From NCBI GenBank assembly GCA_973851085.1, contig OZ316775.1, positions 3,658,001 to 3,722,000 of the forward strand: 64,000 nucleotides of DNA, written 5' to 3'. Source of the DNA: Ptychomitrium polyphyllum. Its lineage: Eukaryota. Position numbers and translations under genes: made by a program. Positions 1 through 13,100 of the stretch are shown piece by piece. Within the stretch, counting starts at the first letter, position 1, and every line of letters begins with the position of its first letter. A model generated the notes under the pieces. It did not search any database. It was not told the DNA's origin and was given only the letters and a program-made list of their open reading frames with translations.

Positions 1-706
1 ATATAAGTCAAGGCTTTTATCAACATAGTCAATATAAGTATTGTTACCCACCTACAAGGTCTTATATCCAATATTATTGTGCTTCTTCTACATGTACTAC
101 AAATTTCTTCCTATTCATACTATTGAACATCTTTTAACAAAAACTACCAGATGATTGTGTTAATCTATTAATTTAGACAATGGATTTAGAACTATAATTA
201 TAGAATCTAAAACATAGTATTTAAATCCTCAATAAAAAGAATTGAAGGTGTGTTGTATCTTATATTATTAATCAAGTTGTATTTCCAGACTAGTGAAGTG
301 TGTTTCTTCTATAGCTTAGTAAGTTATAATTCTTATGTATATCTCTAGTTTCTTGCATGAATTCTTTCATTTTTAACTCTTGTAAAATTATGAGCTACCA
401 GTACTCTTTTATTTGATAATTGTTAATTATAAATTCTTTCAAATATTCTTTTACTATCAATCCTTATAGATTAGAAACTACCAAAAAATTTCTATTTGGT
501 AGCTACCAACCATAATAAGTATCTTCAAAGCTACAATTATCTTTGAAGCTAAAGGTATCTTTGAAGCTACAAGTAAATCCAATTTAGTATTGTTTTATTA
601 AATAAACTTTGTTAGCTCATCAATTCAAGTGGCTATAAGATAGTCCATCCGTTTAAGTCCTTTAAAAGCTAACATTCCAATTCTACACGTCCTTCAAAAG
701 TCAACA
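1..706 (-). repeat. Family A LTR copy (probable 3' LTR), interrupted by a nested solo LTR
   Basis: 1-41 matches 3331-3368 (taagtcaa.gcttttatcaacatagtcaat). 518-706 continues the match (agtatcttcaaagctacaa...caagtggc.ataagat). No clear PPT seen. Confidence 0.7.
42..517. mobile_element. Solo LTR (third family) nested in the family A LTR
   Basis: Begins TGTTA and ends TAATA (TAACA with C>T). Flanked by an exact 5-bp target-site duplication AGTAT (37-41, 518-522). Removing it restores the host LTR. Confidence 0.7.
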
Positions 707-1214
707 AACTCTTAAACTTAGTCTAAAGTCCGTCATTGGAATTTAAAGAATTAAAAAGATCATGCATAAGTATTCCATGATCAACATACACCTTCTTTAA
801 TTTTTTATGGTTTTTCATTTTTAAATAAAGAAATCCATCCAAATTTTGTAGTATTTAAGTACCATTGTCTTCAAATATCTTAATAATTTTATATGGACCA
901 TATTGTTTTAGCAGAAGCTTCTTGTGAGTTCATTTGTAATGTCTTAAATTATAAAGAATCACAAAATCTTTTTATGAAAAATCCTAGCTTATTATTAGAT
1001 CCGCTTATTTTATGCCTTCTTCATTTTGGCTTGAAAGATTTCATTAGCTTGTGGTGCTTGATACTGCAATTCATCAAGCTTGTTTAGTTGAATTAAACGC
1101 TTCATTTCCGAATCATCAAAATCCATCCTCAATTGTATTGTTATGAGCAAAGTCATAACTTTGAACTCAATTGATAATACTTCTTCCAATCCATAAGTCA
1201 ATCTAAATGGTGAA

Positions 1215-1599
1215 TGTTATAAATGTAAATCATGCAACATAATCTTTAAAATCTCTTAAAACCTTTTGGTACATTGTAGTAGTTTTTTTAAACATTTTTA
1301 ATGTTTTCACAACTATTCCACCTCCTTTAAAAACTTCTTAGGAGGGTTTTATAAATTTCTAAAACACTCTTAAGCTTTATAAGAAGCTTCTTTAGAAGTA
1401 TCCTAGAAAGTACAAGCATCATAGTATAAATAAGACACAAGACAAGGTATACCTTAGTCTTGCCAATACAAGTTATGGATCATATTGTACTGTGCCTTTG
1501 TTCTAGTCTTTATATCAATTCTTGATCATCAATAGCTCTTTAGAAGCTAATTCTTAGAAACTACTTTGAATTTGCTTCTTATTTCTTATATCTCTGGTA
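1215..1599 (+). repeat. Old solo LTR of the chromovirus family (family B) inside the family A element
   Basis: Matches the LTRs at 35049-35630 and 40981-41501 (tcatgcaacata..., catagtataaata, caagacaaggtat.ccttagtcttgccaa, tagctcttt.gaagctaattct). Fewer internal repeats. No TSD. Confidence 0.8.
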
Positions 1600-2959
1600 T
1601 ATCTTTAACTTCAATTATCCCTTTTGATGCTATAATATTCATATATGTATGCAAAGAACCTTCAATTTTTTTAACAACTAGATTTCTATCAATGGAGTGC
1701 ATTTCACTAAGGTTTATTTATCCCTTTCTTTTTGTATCTTTTTTATTTAAAGATGTTCCTCCATTTGCACCTTTGGAGTAATTACTTGAATAATGTCCAT
1801 ATTCCTTGCACTTGTAACATTGAGTATGCATTAAATCTTGAGGGTAGTTACAATTCTTCCTCTCTGGTTGAAGCAAATATACATTCAATTCATCTATATG
1901 TATCATAAGGATTTCCACGGCAAATTCAATCTTACTTGGCTTTTTTGGTTGCTTTGCCATTATTCTTCATATAGCAATCATTCTTGGAATTTACATAATT
2001 ACAAGCTGCTCTACACTTAATTTTGAAATTATCTCCATGTTTTTTTTTCTTTCAACAATGCGTATAACTATTGCTAAAATTCTAGCCGCTTCATATTTCA
2101 CTTATTGCATGATTTCTGGCAACAATCCAATTATATAATGTTTCAACACCAATGAATCAATATCCGTAAAGATTGAAACATTTTCCACATATCCTTACAC
2201 CTTTAGACTCTTAGCATTCTTTATAGCCAAATTCTAAATCCTATTTGTATACTCTTTCACACTCTTTGAAGCCCTTTATTTCACTATGCTCAAGTTATAA
2301 ATTAAAATTTTATAAACATTTGTCTTGCTAAATTCTAAAATTAATATTGTCCTAATGTGGGCCCATAATTCTTTCACCTCTATAGTTTATTTCTCATACC
2401 ATTGATAAACTCTTCATCCTTTTTATTGTAAAAAATTAGTATATACATCATTTTGATCCTTCAAATTTTTTGATTTTTTAATTTTTAATTTTACTTTTTC
2501 TTTCCATAAAAATCTAAATATTATCACTTTCTTGCAAAAAATCCAAATTTTCTCAACTATTAATTACAAATTTTATTTTCCTTTCTATATCTACATATTC
2601 CAAAGCCCCAAAAGTATTTAAAGTTGTTTCTACTTGTGTTTGAAATTCATGCATAATCCTAATGCCTACGTGTTCATTATTAAATATTCCACATGAAACA
2701 ATTATATCTTGATTATTTCTATATTGTTTAATCTTCAACAAAAATACACAATCCAAAATATCCTCACTTTCTCTACCACTTTTGAAAGGTTCTTTCCTTT
2801 GACATATGTTTCTTTCTGGTTGTGTAAGTGGACCAATATTATCATCTCAATTTTCACTAATTTTAGTAAGTGGACTTACTTCGTCTTGATTTGATATTCT
2901 TTAAGAAGCTACATTTCTTCTCCTCATAAAACAATTGTGTCCTGACAATAGAACCAAAA

Positions 2960-3522
2960 TGTTGTGGTGCAAATAGTTAAAAACCAATTGTCAACATCAA
3001 CTATTGCATAACTTCAACTTCTTTGTAACACAAAATACACTCACCCTTTATATATTGTAATCAAGATTACACACTCCACATCTATAATTCCATAACTCTA
3101 CATAAACTCCATAACTTTGCATAAACTCTATAACACTTCCTTCATTATATAACACAAGGTTGGCAAATATTCTTTAATTTTTTGCATTTGACCGCAACCT
3201 CCTTATATACTTAAACTCATAAAGACTTTTCTAACACTATTTCCATTATTTTGTTATATTTCTAATAAAAAGTCAATCAAATTTATTTTAAGATTTATCA
3301 CTAAGTGGACTTTAGTCTTGTTGCCTACCGTAAGTCAATGCTTTTATCAACATAGTCAATAGAAGTATCTTCAAAGCTACAAGTTTTTTTAGAGCTACAA
3401 GTACTATTATAGCTACAAGTGAATCCAACTTAAAATTATCTTATTGGATAAACTCCACCAACTCATCAACTCAAGTGGCCATAAGATGATCCAAAAATAA
3501 TCCAACAATTTGGGAGCTAACA
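2960..3522 (-). repeat. 5' LTR of family A element
   Basis: TG...CA termini, adjacent PBS-like motif, close similarity to 23833-24454 and to 1-41/518-706. Confidence 0.8.
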
Positions 3523-4179
3523 AGAGCACCTCCAATCCCATGCCTATCACCCCATCTCAAGTAATCTGAAAGAGCAATACAATTATAAGACTAATATGAT
3601 TAGTTCAAATTAGATTGGCTCATACTTAATATTTAATATTTAATATTTAATTGGATTTAATTTAGATTAAATATAAATGTATTTCCCAACTTTTGTTTAG
3701 TTGAAGGAACATAATACCTTTTGTGCTCATATCAGCTCTTCATGTTTCCAGAGTTTGAAATCTGCCTTGTCACTAACTTGAGTTTCATTGTCATACTTTT
3801 CACTATTATTTCAAAAGAATTGCAAATCCTCTTGGCATACTGGATAAGCTTTGACACCATCTTTATATTCACACTTATCATTCATACCAAATCAGCACAT
3901 GTATGGAAACAGCAATTGGAAGTTTGCAAGTGCCAACTTGCGTGGCACTGTGATCCATGCACAGCAATCCACAAAATTATCTACTATCACACATTTCAAC
4001 TGAGTCACACAGGCTAGTAGTTTCAAAGTCATGCAGTGAAGGGAGAAATGGATCATGGAAATGCTGAATTCATAACCCTAAGATTTACTTTGGGACTGGT
4101 CACATTATGCTTGTTTGATCTAGAGTTGGCAGAGGTAGAGGAAAGAAGAAGTACTTTTGGTGTACTTGTCTATTTTCCA

Positions 4180-7100
4180 TGAATTTGAAGGCTCCTAAAT
4201 TTGCAAAATGGCTACACCTACATAATAATACATCAGAGTATATTGTCATGGATAAGTTGTTCACAGGAAGAATGTGGTCTCTAGATTACTGCTGCCCACT
4301 TTGAGTACTCGACCCTCTTCAATTGCTGGTCCCCAGTGAAAATGGTTTGATGAGGTGCTCTACTATGTAATTAGATCAACATTTTCTTTTTATATTGACA
4401 TTCAAAAATTTTGTGGAATATTGAGGACATAATTTAATGTATGAGTAATGAGATCTTCATCCTCACAATTGTGTAGCAGTGTTTGTGTGATCATACTGAT
4501 TCTATACCTAGTAGCCTTTGTAAGGTTATTTTTTGTGAATATATAAGATCATAATGGGAGCTAGTGTCAAGGGATGTTCAGACTAAATGACTTTCCTGTG
4601 GTCAACTTGCAAAGTGCAGTATAACAGATAATTTATAGAGCATGGGAAGCACCCAGACAAAAGTATATGACCATCATCTGTAACTGATCAGTATCACCAC
4701 ACAAATCCACACCACATGATGTGAGATGATTAGTATATTGGTGTTGAATCTTGAAAGGTGCCATCTCCTCCAGAAACTACCATATCTTAGTACATGAATA
4801 GTACTACCATATTCTGTTTTTGTATGTTTTCTCTTTGCTATCACCTTCCACACACTACAAAGCACTGACTTGTGCCATGATCCATATAATTACAGGCTTG
4901 ACAATACTATGGTTTACTTACAGGGACACCTATGTGTGAACAGTGTCTATTTCCATCACTGTAAACCCTATGAATGATATTATAAGTATTGAATATGAAT
5001 TTTGAAATGATGGAAGTTCTAAGAAAAACTACTTAAGCATGTTGACCATGAACCTCAAGATCAATTCTGTTTATGACAAACTTCCAAGCCTGTTGGAAAT
5101 TGAAATAAACAACTGACACAGAAATGTAAATAAAGAAGCTGGTTAACTTTCTGAGCATCTACACTAATTTTTAGAATGTGCAAAAGTGTGCAAGAATGTG
5201 TACGAATGTAATGTGAGATGCCATATCTCTTTTTGTGAGTGTCTGGTGGTAAAAATCCTCAATGGATGTGTGCCACATGACTTGATTTTAAGAAATGCAT
5301 GGAAAATTGCAGCCTTTGTGACAGTAAGGAATCCATACTGTTACTCAAATGATGATAACGTTGAACCCATGGAAGGGGCAACATGAGGCAAACAAGTCTC
5401 TACTGGTGCAATCCTTATGGTCTATTACAACAGCCCATTACCCCAGCAATAGTAAATGTACCCTTTGTAAACATTCTACAAATATCCAACAATTTTAGGA
5501 TGAAAGAAAATTAAGCTTGAAGGCTAATGCAAGTGTAAAACAATTTTCAATATAATATGAAATATTTATGATTTTCCAGAGAGTTTTTTTTGCAAAAGGC
5601 TCCACTAACTTGCAATGAACCACCCAAACATCAATTACAATATATCTATTAATAATAGTATCACTTCTACATACTCTTTATTTAAGGGTATCACCTTTTA
5701 CCAAAAAGAGTGAATATTTTTTCTAAAAAAATGTCAAAACTATTAATGTGCAAAGACTTTTGTATACATAACTAATAAAAATACTCATCTTAAATAAAAG
5801 GTATACATCACTTTACAATCAGTTAGTGTAGGTGGTACTATTAGTAAAAATTAGTGTAGTATCCACCATTTTATGTGCCCACAATCACACCAATCTATTC
5901 AAATACTGCACTATATTAAAACAATCACTCCTACATGTTTCTTTTCAAAATTAGTATTTATCACCTTTCTCCTTGTTACAACCAATGCACAATTCCATTT
6001 GCATCCAATTATATATTCATTACCACTACTTAATAAATCTAAATCATTATTCTTCAAATTTAATTGCTATTATATGTACTAATGGTTATTACTTGTTTCC
6101 TAACTTATTAAGTTTGTTGAGTTGGTTTATCATACATTTTATAGACATATGTGGATTTCAGTTTTACAAAGTAAAGGGTAGAATATGAGAGACTAAAGAA
6201 TTGGAGTTTTCATGATAAAAGAACAACATTCTTTTTTTGAAAAGTATACAATTGGATTTCTAAAACATATATAATAAAATTACCAACATGAGATTCTTAG
6301 AGATCAATATCCTTACAGATATCCTTTGAGATCAAAATCCATTTTATGACAAAATTGGCAAGAAGGTGCCTGAATTTGTTATTTTCAACTTCCATGCAAA
6401 TTTGTACTTACAATAGGGTGTATGCATACACACACATAACACACTTCAATTGGACTTATGCAATTCCCACAGTAGATTGGAAGTGCAGTTCAAGATAAGT
6501 TCCTGGTGGTGAGGTGCATTTTGAGTTGAAATTGTATATAGAATTGCATGATGAGATTCTATATAGAAGTATACAATTTCCGCTCAATTGTATATACAAT
6601 GTCACTCTAGAATTTAAATCATGTGCTTTACTTGATCTGCAGGTACTCAGAATGCCATAAATTCATTAAAGTGGTCTGTGGATACAATGGAGCTTCTACA
6701 AACTTGTGCTCAAGGTCATGGTAATCAGGTTCTCTTTGTGATTAAGTTTTCTGAAATGAGCAACTCAATCTCAAATTGCTAATTACTGTGCCAGCTTGGC
6801 ATTGCATATCATTCATCTGAACTCCCTTTATCAAAAGTATAATTTCATCTACAGAAACATAATTCCCATGTTAGAACCTTATTTGATTGAAGAAGATCCA
6901 GGGAGTTTTGTGCATCAAGTTACCAAATTGGATTCATGTCACATATTTTCACCATCACATATTATTCCTTGCCCACTTTTCAAAGGGAAAAGTGAATTTC
7001 TTTTACTGCCATAAAATGCTACCAGGACCTACTCAACTTTATTACATAAGTACTGTACATCTATTTCCAATAAATTGAAGATTATCACCAATGAAAGATA

Positions 7101-8650
7101 TTTTGCAAAAGCTTGAGTTGAAGACCTACTTGGACACTACAATAGAATGCTAGATTAAATATTCCAGTGAAATTTCATGACATGAAAATATCAACATTCC
7201 AATGAATATTGGTTCTATAATCCTTGAATAACAAATTCAAAATCCAAAGAACACATTCTATAAAAATCAATTTCATCTTTTTTTATTATAAAAAGACTAT
7301 ATAATAACTTATCCAAGAACTTTTGTTTCTTGTTATGTTTGATTTATATTAAGTGCAAAGTGCTTTTAAAAAAAAAGCATAATATGACACTTCTGTATAA
7401 TTTCATGTGCGCATATATTAAATTCTACACATATTCTTGAAATATCTATAGAAAATAATAAAAATTATTATATACACATATCAAAGAAAATTATATTGAC
7501 GACAAGTATTTTATAAGATGTGGGATTTTTAATAAAATTTGGACTTTTAGATTCATGAAAAGAGGCCTTCATTTCCAAGAAGTTATGGCTTAAAATTTTA
7601 GCCATCAATATCAACCTTACAATCTTATAACAAGAGTGATGACTAAGACTTTAAGCTATAGTTCCACTTTAATGGGGGCTCCCTTCATAAATTTGATGGT
7701 CCAAAGTTCATTAAGAAGTTTAGATTCAATAAATCCGTTTATGACACTAATCTCATGAAAATCAAAAATTGTGTAGTTTAAAAAGTAATGCTCACTACTC
7801 TAAATACCGTTTCAGATTTGTTGTTGGTGAAGATTTTTCAAATTTGGGAACCAAGATCTGCCTTTCCTTACCAATATGGTACCTATCACCATGGTCTATC
7901 TTTCAATGGTCGAAGCTTGAATGAACCAATACTTTAGCAGTGATGCCCCTAGCAGTAACAGTGGATGATGGAAACTTTTCTTTTCAGAGACAAAGTGGCA
8001 AAATGCAAAAACAAAGAACAAAACATAAAACAATTGTAATGGAATTGTTAAAACGCATCGGAGCTTGCAGGAATACAAGAAGTACATATGAGAATTTGGG
8101 AAGTAGAGACTGAGTTTTTTGAAGTGTTTTATGTATCTTGCATTCACCAAGAAATACTTTAAGAAAAGCTCTCATTCTGATGCATTTTTAATAACCCCTC
8201 AAGGAAACCCAGGCCTTAGATACATCCTAATTTATGAATAGAATTTGTAAAAATGAACCAATAAACTTTTCACAAATTTTGTAAGACCTTCTATTTAATA
8301 GTACAATATCGAAGTAAATCAAATTCAGCTGGATTCTAAAACTTGAAGTGAACTCAGCAAACAATTAACTTGGATAGTTACATTCTTGTGAATCCTAAAC
8401 CAGATCTATTCTTCCTTTGATGCAAGAAAGGCTGTTTACTGCACTCCAGAGAATTTTGAGATTCTTAGATTTGCAGGAGACTGTGTTGATCAGTAGAAGC
8501 TTTCTACAACAACAATAAAAGAAGAAAATAAGTTTTCATGATTTGGGAAGGTGACCATTGAAAATTATAGAAGGCAGTTTTGATACAAAAAACTCTGGTG
8601 CTTGGAAGAACTCCAGCAATTTAAAGGGAATGGTGATCTTCACACAACTT
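4180..8650 (+). pseudogene. Heavily eroded LRR-coding remnants (possible NLR/LRR pseudogene)
   Basis: Short + strand peptides fit the plant NLR LRR pattern LxxLxLxxCxxLxxLP: VLNLERCHLLQKLP (4741-4782), SVKGCSD* (about 4563), KLPSLLEIEINN* (about 5078-5116), LRFLDL (8456-8473). No continuous ORF. Confidence 0.35.
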
Positions 8651-9890
8651 TAACCCTTTACGTCCCAAGTTGTGTCTTTAAAAACTGGTTTTTCACAGCA
8701 AATGTAAGTTTGAATTGCTGCTTTAGCTAAAGAGAGGTATTTTTCAGATTATCCAATTGTATTTGATGATTTATAGCTTGATTCACACACATTTGCAAAT
8801 TCTAAGGTTCAGTGGTCATTTAATTGTGATAGGTTAAGAAAAATAACCATGAGAGTCTTGCCACTTACATTGTACCACAACATGGAGACTCCCCTTGGAG
8901 TAAGTTATGAATATGGAAGAGCTTACATGTCTGTTTCTCATTCTTTTCTATAATGGATACCAACCAAAGTGCAGTGAGACGGACAGGAAGCCTGGCTCCC
9001 TCCACAATCCTCTCGCTAGGCAGATAAGGCAGATAAGATAGACTAGGAAGACCAGTGTGCATGTGCATAAAGGTACCCATAGGTTGACCTCATCACCAAT
9101 TCTCCAGTGCTATACTGTAACATACCCTCTATTATAAGCAACCATTGTGTATGTATAATTGATTTGGTAGTTTGATGATGCAGGTCCTGCATAGTCAGTG
9201 TAGAATTGTCCTAACAGGGCAATCCTACCTGTACAACCTGTATTCCCAATCTTCATAGTTTTTACGTGGATATGTGTCATTCAAAATACCGACACCAAAT
9301 AGCATATGAGGTTGCCTTGGTGAGGTTGTCTCCAAAACCTTCAAGACTCAAGAGGAACTCTCAGTCCTGCTTTGTTGTATGGAGGCCAATGTGAAGCAAG
9401 GATATGTTTACTCTACATCCCTAGCTTAAAAATTGAATACTACATATAAATTTTTATGGTATTAATAACTTATACAAGTAGGCTACAGAAGTGCAGAAGA
9501 CTACATAGGCTGGGAAACTGCTGTACCAAGTCCTGTTGATATGAGTAATGTGACAATTTTCATAATAGGAAATTGGAAGATTAGGAGCTGCTTATCAAGT
9601 ATTATTTTTATCCAAAGACAAGACTCAAACTTTGGAGACATTAGGAAGAATGTTGTGGACTGGAATTCTTGAATTTACCTTATCAGGTGACATTGAAACA
9701 GGCAGCATAGAGATTGTGTGTTGCCACCAAATGGAACATATTGGTGAATGCATGTATCTACGTCATTGGACTCTCACTCCTGTTGGAGTTGAATATGATT
9801 TTTGAGAAAATCCAAAGATTTTGCAGGTTTCTGAGCCCTAAGTATTTCCAAGACACAGTTTAATGTCCCACAGCAATTGCAAGGTTAACA

Positions 9891-10164
9891 CAGGCTTGTA
9901 AAGTCACAATTTTGTAGTGTTTTCACATGTTGTTGAAGTGCAAGGAGGTTGTGTTCAACATATGATAACAGTATATTTATTCTAGAAAAATGTGTATAGA
10001 GGACATACAACAAACGTCCAGATTTTATTACTCCATGTTTGTGGTATATCCTCTAATTTTATTTTTCTAAATTAATCATACTATTATCAATATGTTGAAC
10101 ATAATTCTCTCTATTCATCTCAACAACACAAGAAAACCTTACAAATTGTGACTTTACAAGTTTG
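9891..10164. mobile_element. Foldback/MITE-like element, imperfect palindrome over its full 274 bp
   Basis: cttgtaaagtcacaattt (9895-9912) pairs exactly with aaattgtgactttacaag (10143-10160). Pairing continues inward (tgttcaacatat/atatgttgaaca; tagaggacatacaacaaac/gtttgtggtatatcctcta) to a loop of about 17 nt. Ends CAG..TTG, followed by TA on the right. Confidence 0.75.
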
Positions 10165-13100
10165 TAATAGTGTTTTGTAACATTAGTATTACAATACTAC
10201 ACTTTAAATACAACATTGCCAAACCATGATATTTAATTATTTAATTTTTTTGAAAAACAAGTCATATTAGGTATTTTATCTAGTAAACATGATTCTTAGA
10301 ACATCTCACAAATTATTAAAAACTTGAGAACTACACACCTATAATCTTCATTAGAAGGTAGCTCACTCCATACATGTCATATCCTTCATCATTCCAACAT
10401 AAGCAAATTTACTTTTAGAAAATAAAAAAAAATTGAAATAAAATAAATTTAGGTAAATAATGTTACTAAAAACAGGTAAAATATTGAACCCAAAATACTT
10501 ACTTACATGCAAATAGCCAACATGGTAGAGGTGCTTTGGTAACCAACTTGTTTCCCAAATCAATCATGTGATTGAGACATTAGATCCATAACTGTAGATA
10601 TGGTTGGTTTAGGGTAGAGCCATCTTGGAACTTGAAGTAATAAGACATGGTAAAGAAAACTGGCCATCCACCACATCCAACCAGATGCCTGCTAAATCGG
10701 AACACTTGTTATGTGGTAAAACAAGCATTAGAAATTCTCAAGATTCTTGCTAATAATGAGTTTGACCAATCTAAATATTGAGCTCTGATATTAAATACAA
10801 ACATTTGAACTATTCTCACTAACACTAAATGTCGATTGCAACAATAAGGCTCTTTCCAGTCTATTTATGAATAATGTCCGCCATAACAACTATGTGACAC
10901 TGAATACCATTTTTAATGTAGGGCTTTGTCCATCTTCAAGTGATTCTTCTGTGAGCCCAGATTGTTACCTAGGTCTAGGTGCCATACCCTCTAATGAGCT
11001 GGCATAGACCAATTCTGCATGTGCTGACGCTGTCAAGGCTGTAAATAGAGGACCACTTGTAGCTGTGAAATCATACTTTCACTATCTACATACAACAATT
11101 TGAAGGTTGACATTTGCTGTAGGTGCTTGAGGTATTTGTATGTATACATGCTCCTACATACTACCCCCTATAATGTCTAAAGTTTGCAGTCTTCAATTTG
11201 CATGAGAAAACTTTTCATGACGTCAATGCATGTACAAAGCAATTCACCTTGAATTCTACAAGCATGGTGTGCATTCATTTACCGCACTCTCGTTCTCCTT
11301 ACATCTCTGGTATCTTGCCCAGGTTGTGGCTTCTTGCCTTTTTGGACTTGTACTCCTTTTAAATTTATCTACTATATGGTTCTAGGCATGAGGACTTGGT
11401 TATGATATAGGATTTACAAAATGAGATTGTTCATAGCCAAATCAATAAATTTTGACTCCTTTTTGAATAAATTTTTGGAGTTTTTTTCACAATTACAAAA
11501 TCATAGTAGATATTTAAGTATCAACTATGAGATGTAGAGGAGGAGGTAATATTTTCCAAAAACTGTTGCAATAAAAAAAAAGTCCATAAAACGTTTACTA
11601 GTACATGTCTTATTTCTTTTTAAACTCAATTTCTTATGATATCTTAATCAACACAATCAACACTAGGTTTGTTCCCCTATATAAAGTAAGGAAAAGGGAA
11701 AAAATGAAAATAATTTTTTTACTTTATTAATTAGAGTTTACAAATAGGATTGGTTAGTAGGACTAACTCTCTATAGAGAATTTCTTTTATGTTCATAATG
11801 TTGTAGAAATTCCTTAATTCTTTTTGAGTTTTTCTATTTTCATACTTTCTAAGAAAAAAATTAAGCTTTTAATTCTTATTTTTTTGTTGAGATCTAAAAC
11901 TATCATGTTAATTACTTATGTACCAAATGTTAGAAGCAACAAAGGGATTCACCATAGTTTTCTAAGTTGCTTGATAAATTAAAAAATGTACTCATAGTTG
12001 TATATTTTTACTCTTGATGTTTAATAGAATTTAAAATAAATAAATAAATAAATAAAAATAATAATAAAAAATATATATATATGTATACGGATTAATTTGG
12101 ATATTTTCTTTCATTCAATGACTTAAAGTATGCATAAATTCCATTTTATAAAATCTTGCCCAATACATAAACAGTTCATACTGTCCTTTGTATGGGTTTT
12201 GGAAGAGCTTTTTTGTTTGAATGACTCCTTCCTAACATGAAAAAGTACTTGTATGGATATAACCAAATAGATTCAATGGACTGCTCTTCCATTCCCATGA
12301 AGGTTTCAGCCGCAGACTATTACTACAGAATACTAACGTACAGTAAAATTGAAAATTGAAAATTATTTATTTAATTTTATTTAATTTTGTTAATTTTGTT
12401 CATGGTCCCAAACTTAATCAAGGTCCCAAAATTTTTGCACTCGTTGATGAGTTAAGTGTCTCTATTTAGAATTAGTATTTAGGCACATTACTTCAATAGG
12501 AATAGAGATGAGTTATCTTGAAAAGATAGAGAAATAAGTAGTAAGAATTGTAGGTTGCAAATATCTTGGAATTTCTAATCTTATACAAATTAAGCATTCT
12601 AGAATGATCAAATCATATTATGCCCCAAATACACCCAGGTCAAAATTCATAGATAGTTTCAGGATAACCATAGTAACTTAGAAAGCACACAAAACAGTTA
12701 TAATATGCATTTATTCTCAATTGTGATTTGTTTCAAATCAAGAAGTAGCAGTGGATCATCATTACATCTTACTGTGCAGACAGAATTAACCAATTGTTTG
12801 TCTCAGACTCCCTGTCATGCTGCACTGGATTGTTGGACAAATGAGTTGGTAGGTAATTACTGGAACAGATGTGAAGTCTAAGAAAACAACACATGCATAA
12901 TGTTCTTGGGTGACCCCTCTGAACTCTCTAAGGGAATAGTTACATCATTTAAAAGATATCATTTTGTTGTCACCTTGTTCCACTAAATATTGAAAGAGTT
13001 TGTGAATTAAGTCACCAAACTATATACCAAACTCTCTTCATATTTATATGTATTCAGTCTTATATGTTCTGACTGTCATTTATTATTGATTTTCACTTTC

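Larger units (their letters stand above)
1..3522 (-). mobile_element. Degenerate Ty3/gypsy LTR retrotransposon (family A): 5' LTR, PBS, gag remnant, integrase C-terminal remnant, 3' LTR running off the window start
   Basis: LTR 2960-3522 (TGTTG...CTAACA on +) is homologous to 1-706 and to 23833-24454. PBS-like TGGTTCTATTGTCAGG lies 3 nt inside the LTR on - (2941-2956). Gag zinc knuckle CYKCKEYGHYSSNY at about 1780-1822 (-). Gypsy integrase C-terminal-like peptide TYGLEEVLSIEFKV...RLIQLNKLDEL at 1010-1201 (-). Many stops. Confidence 0.75.
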
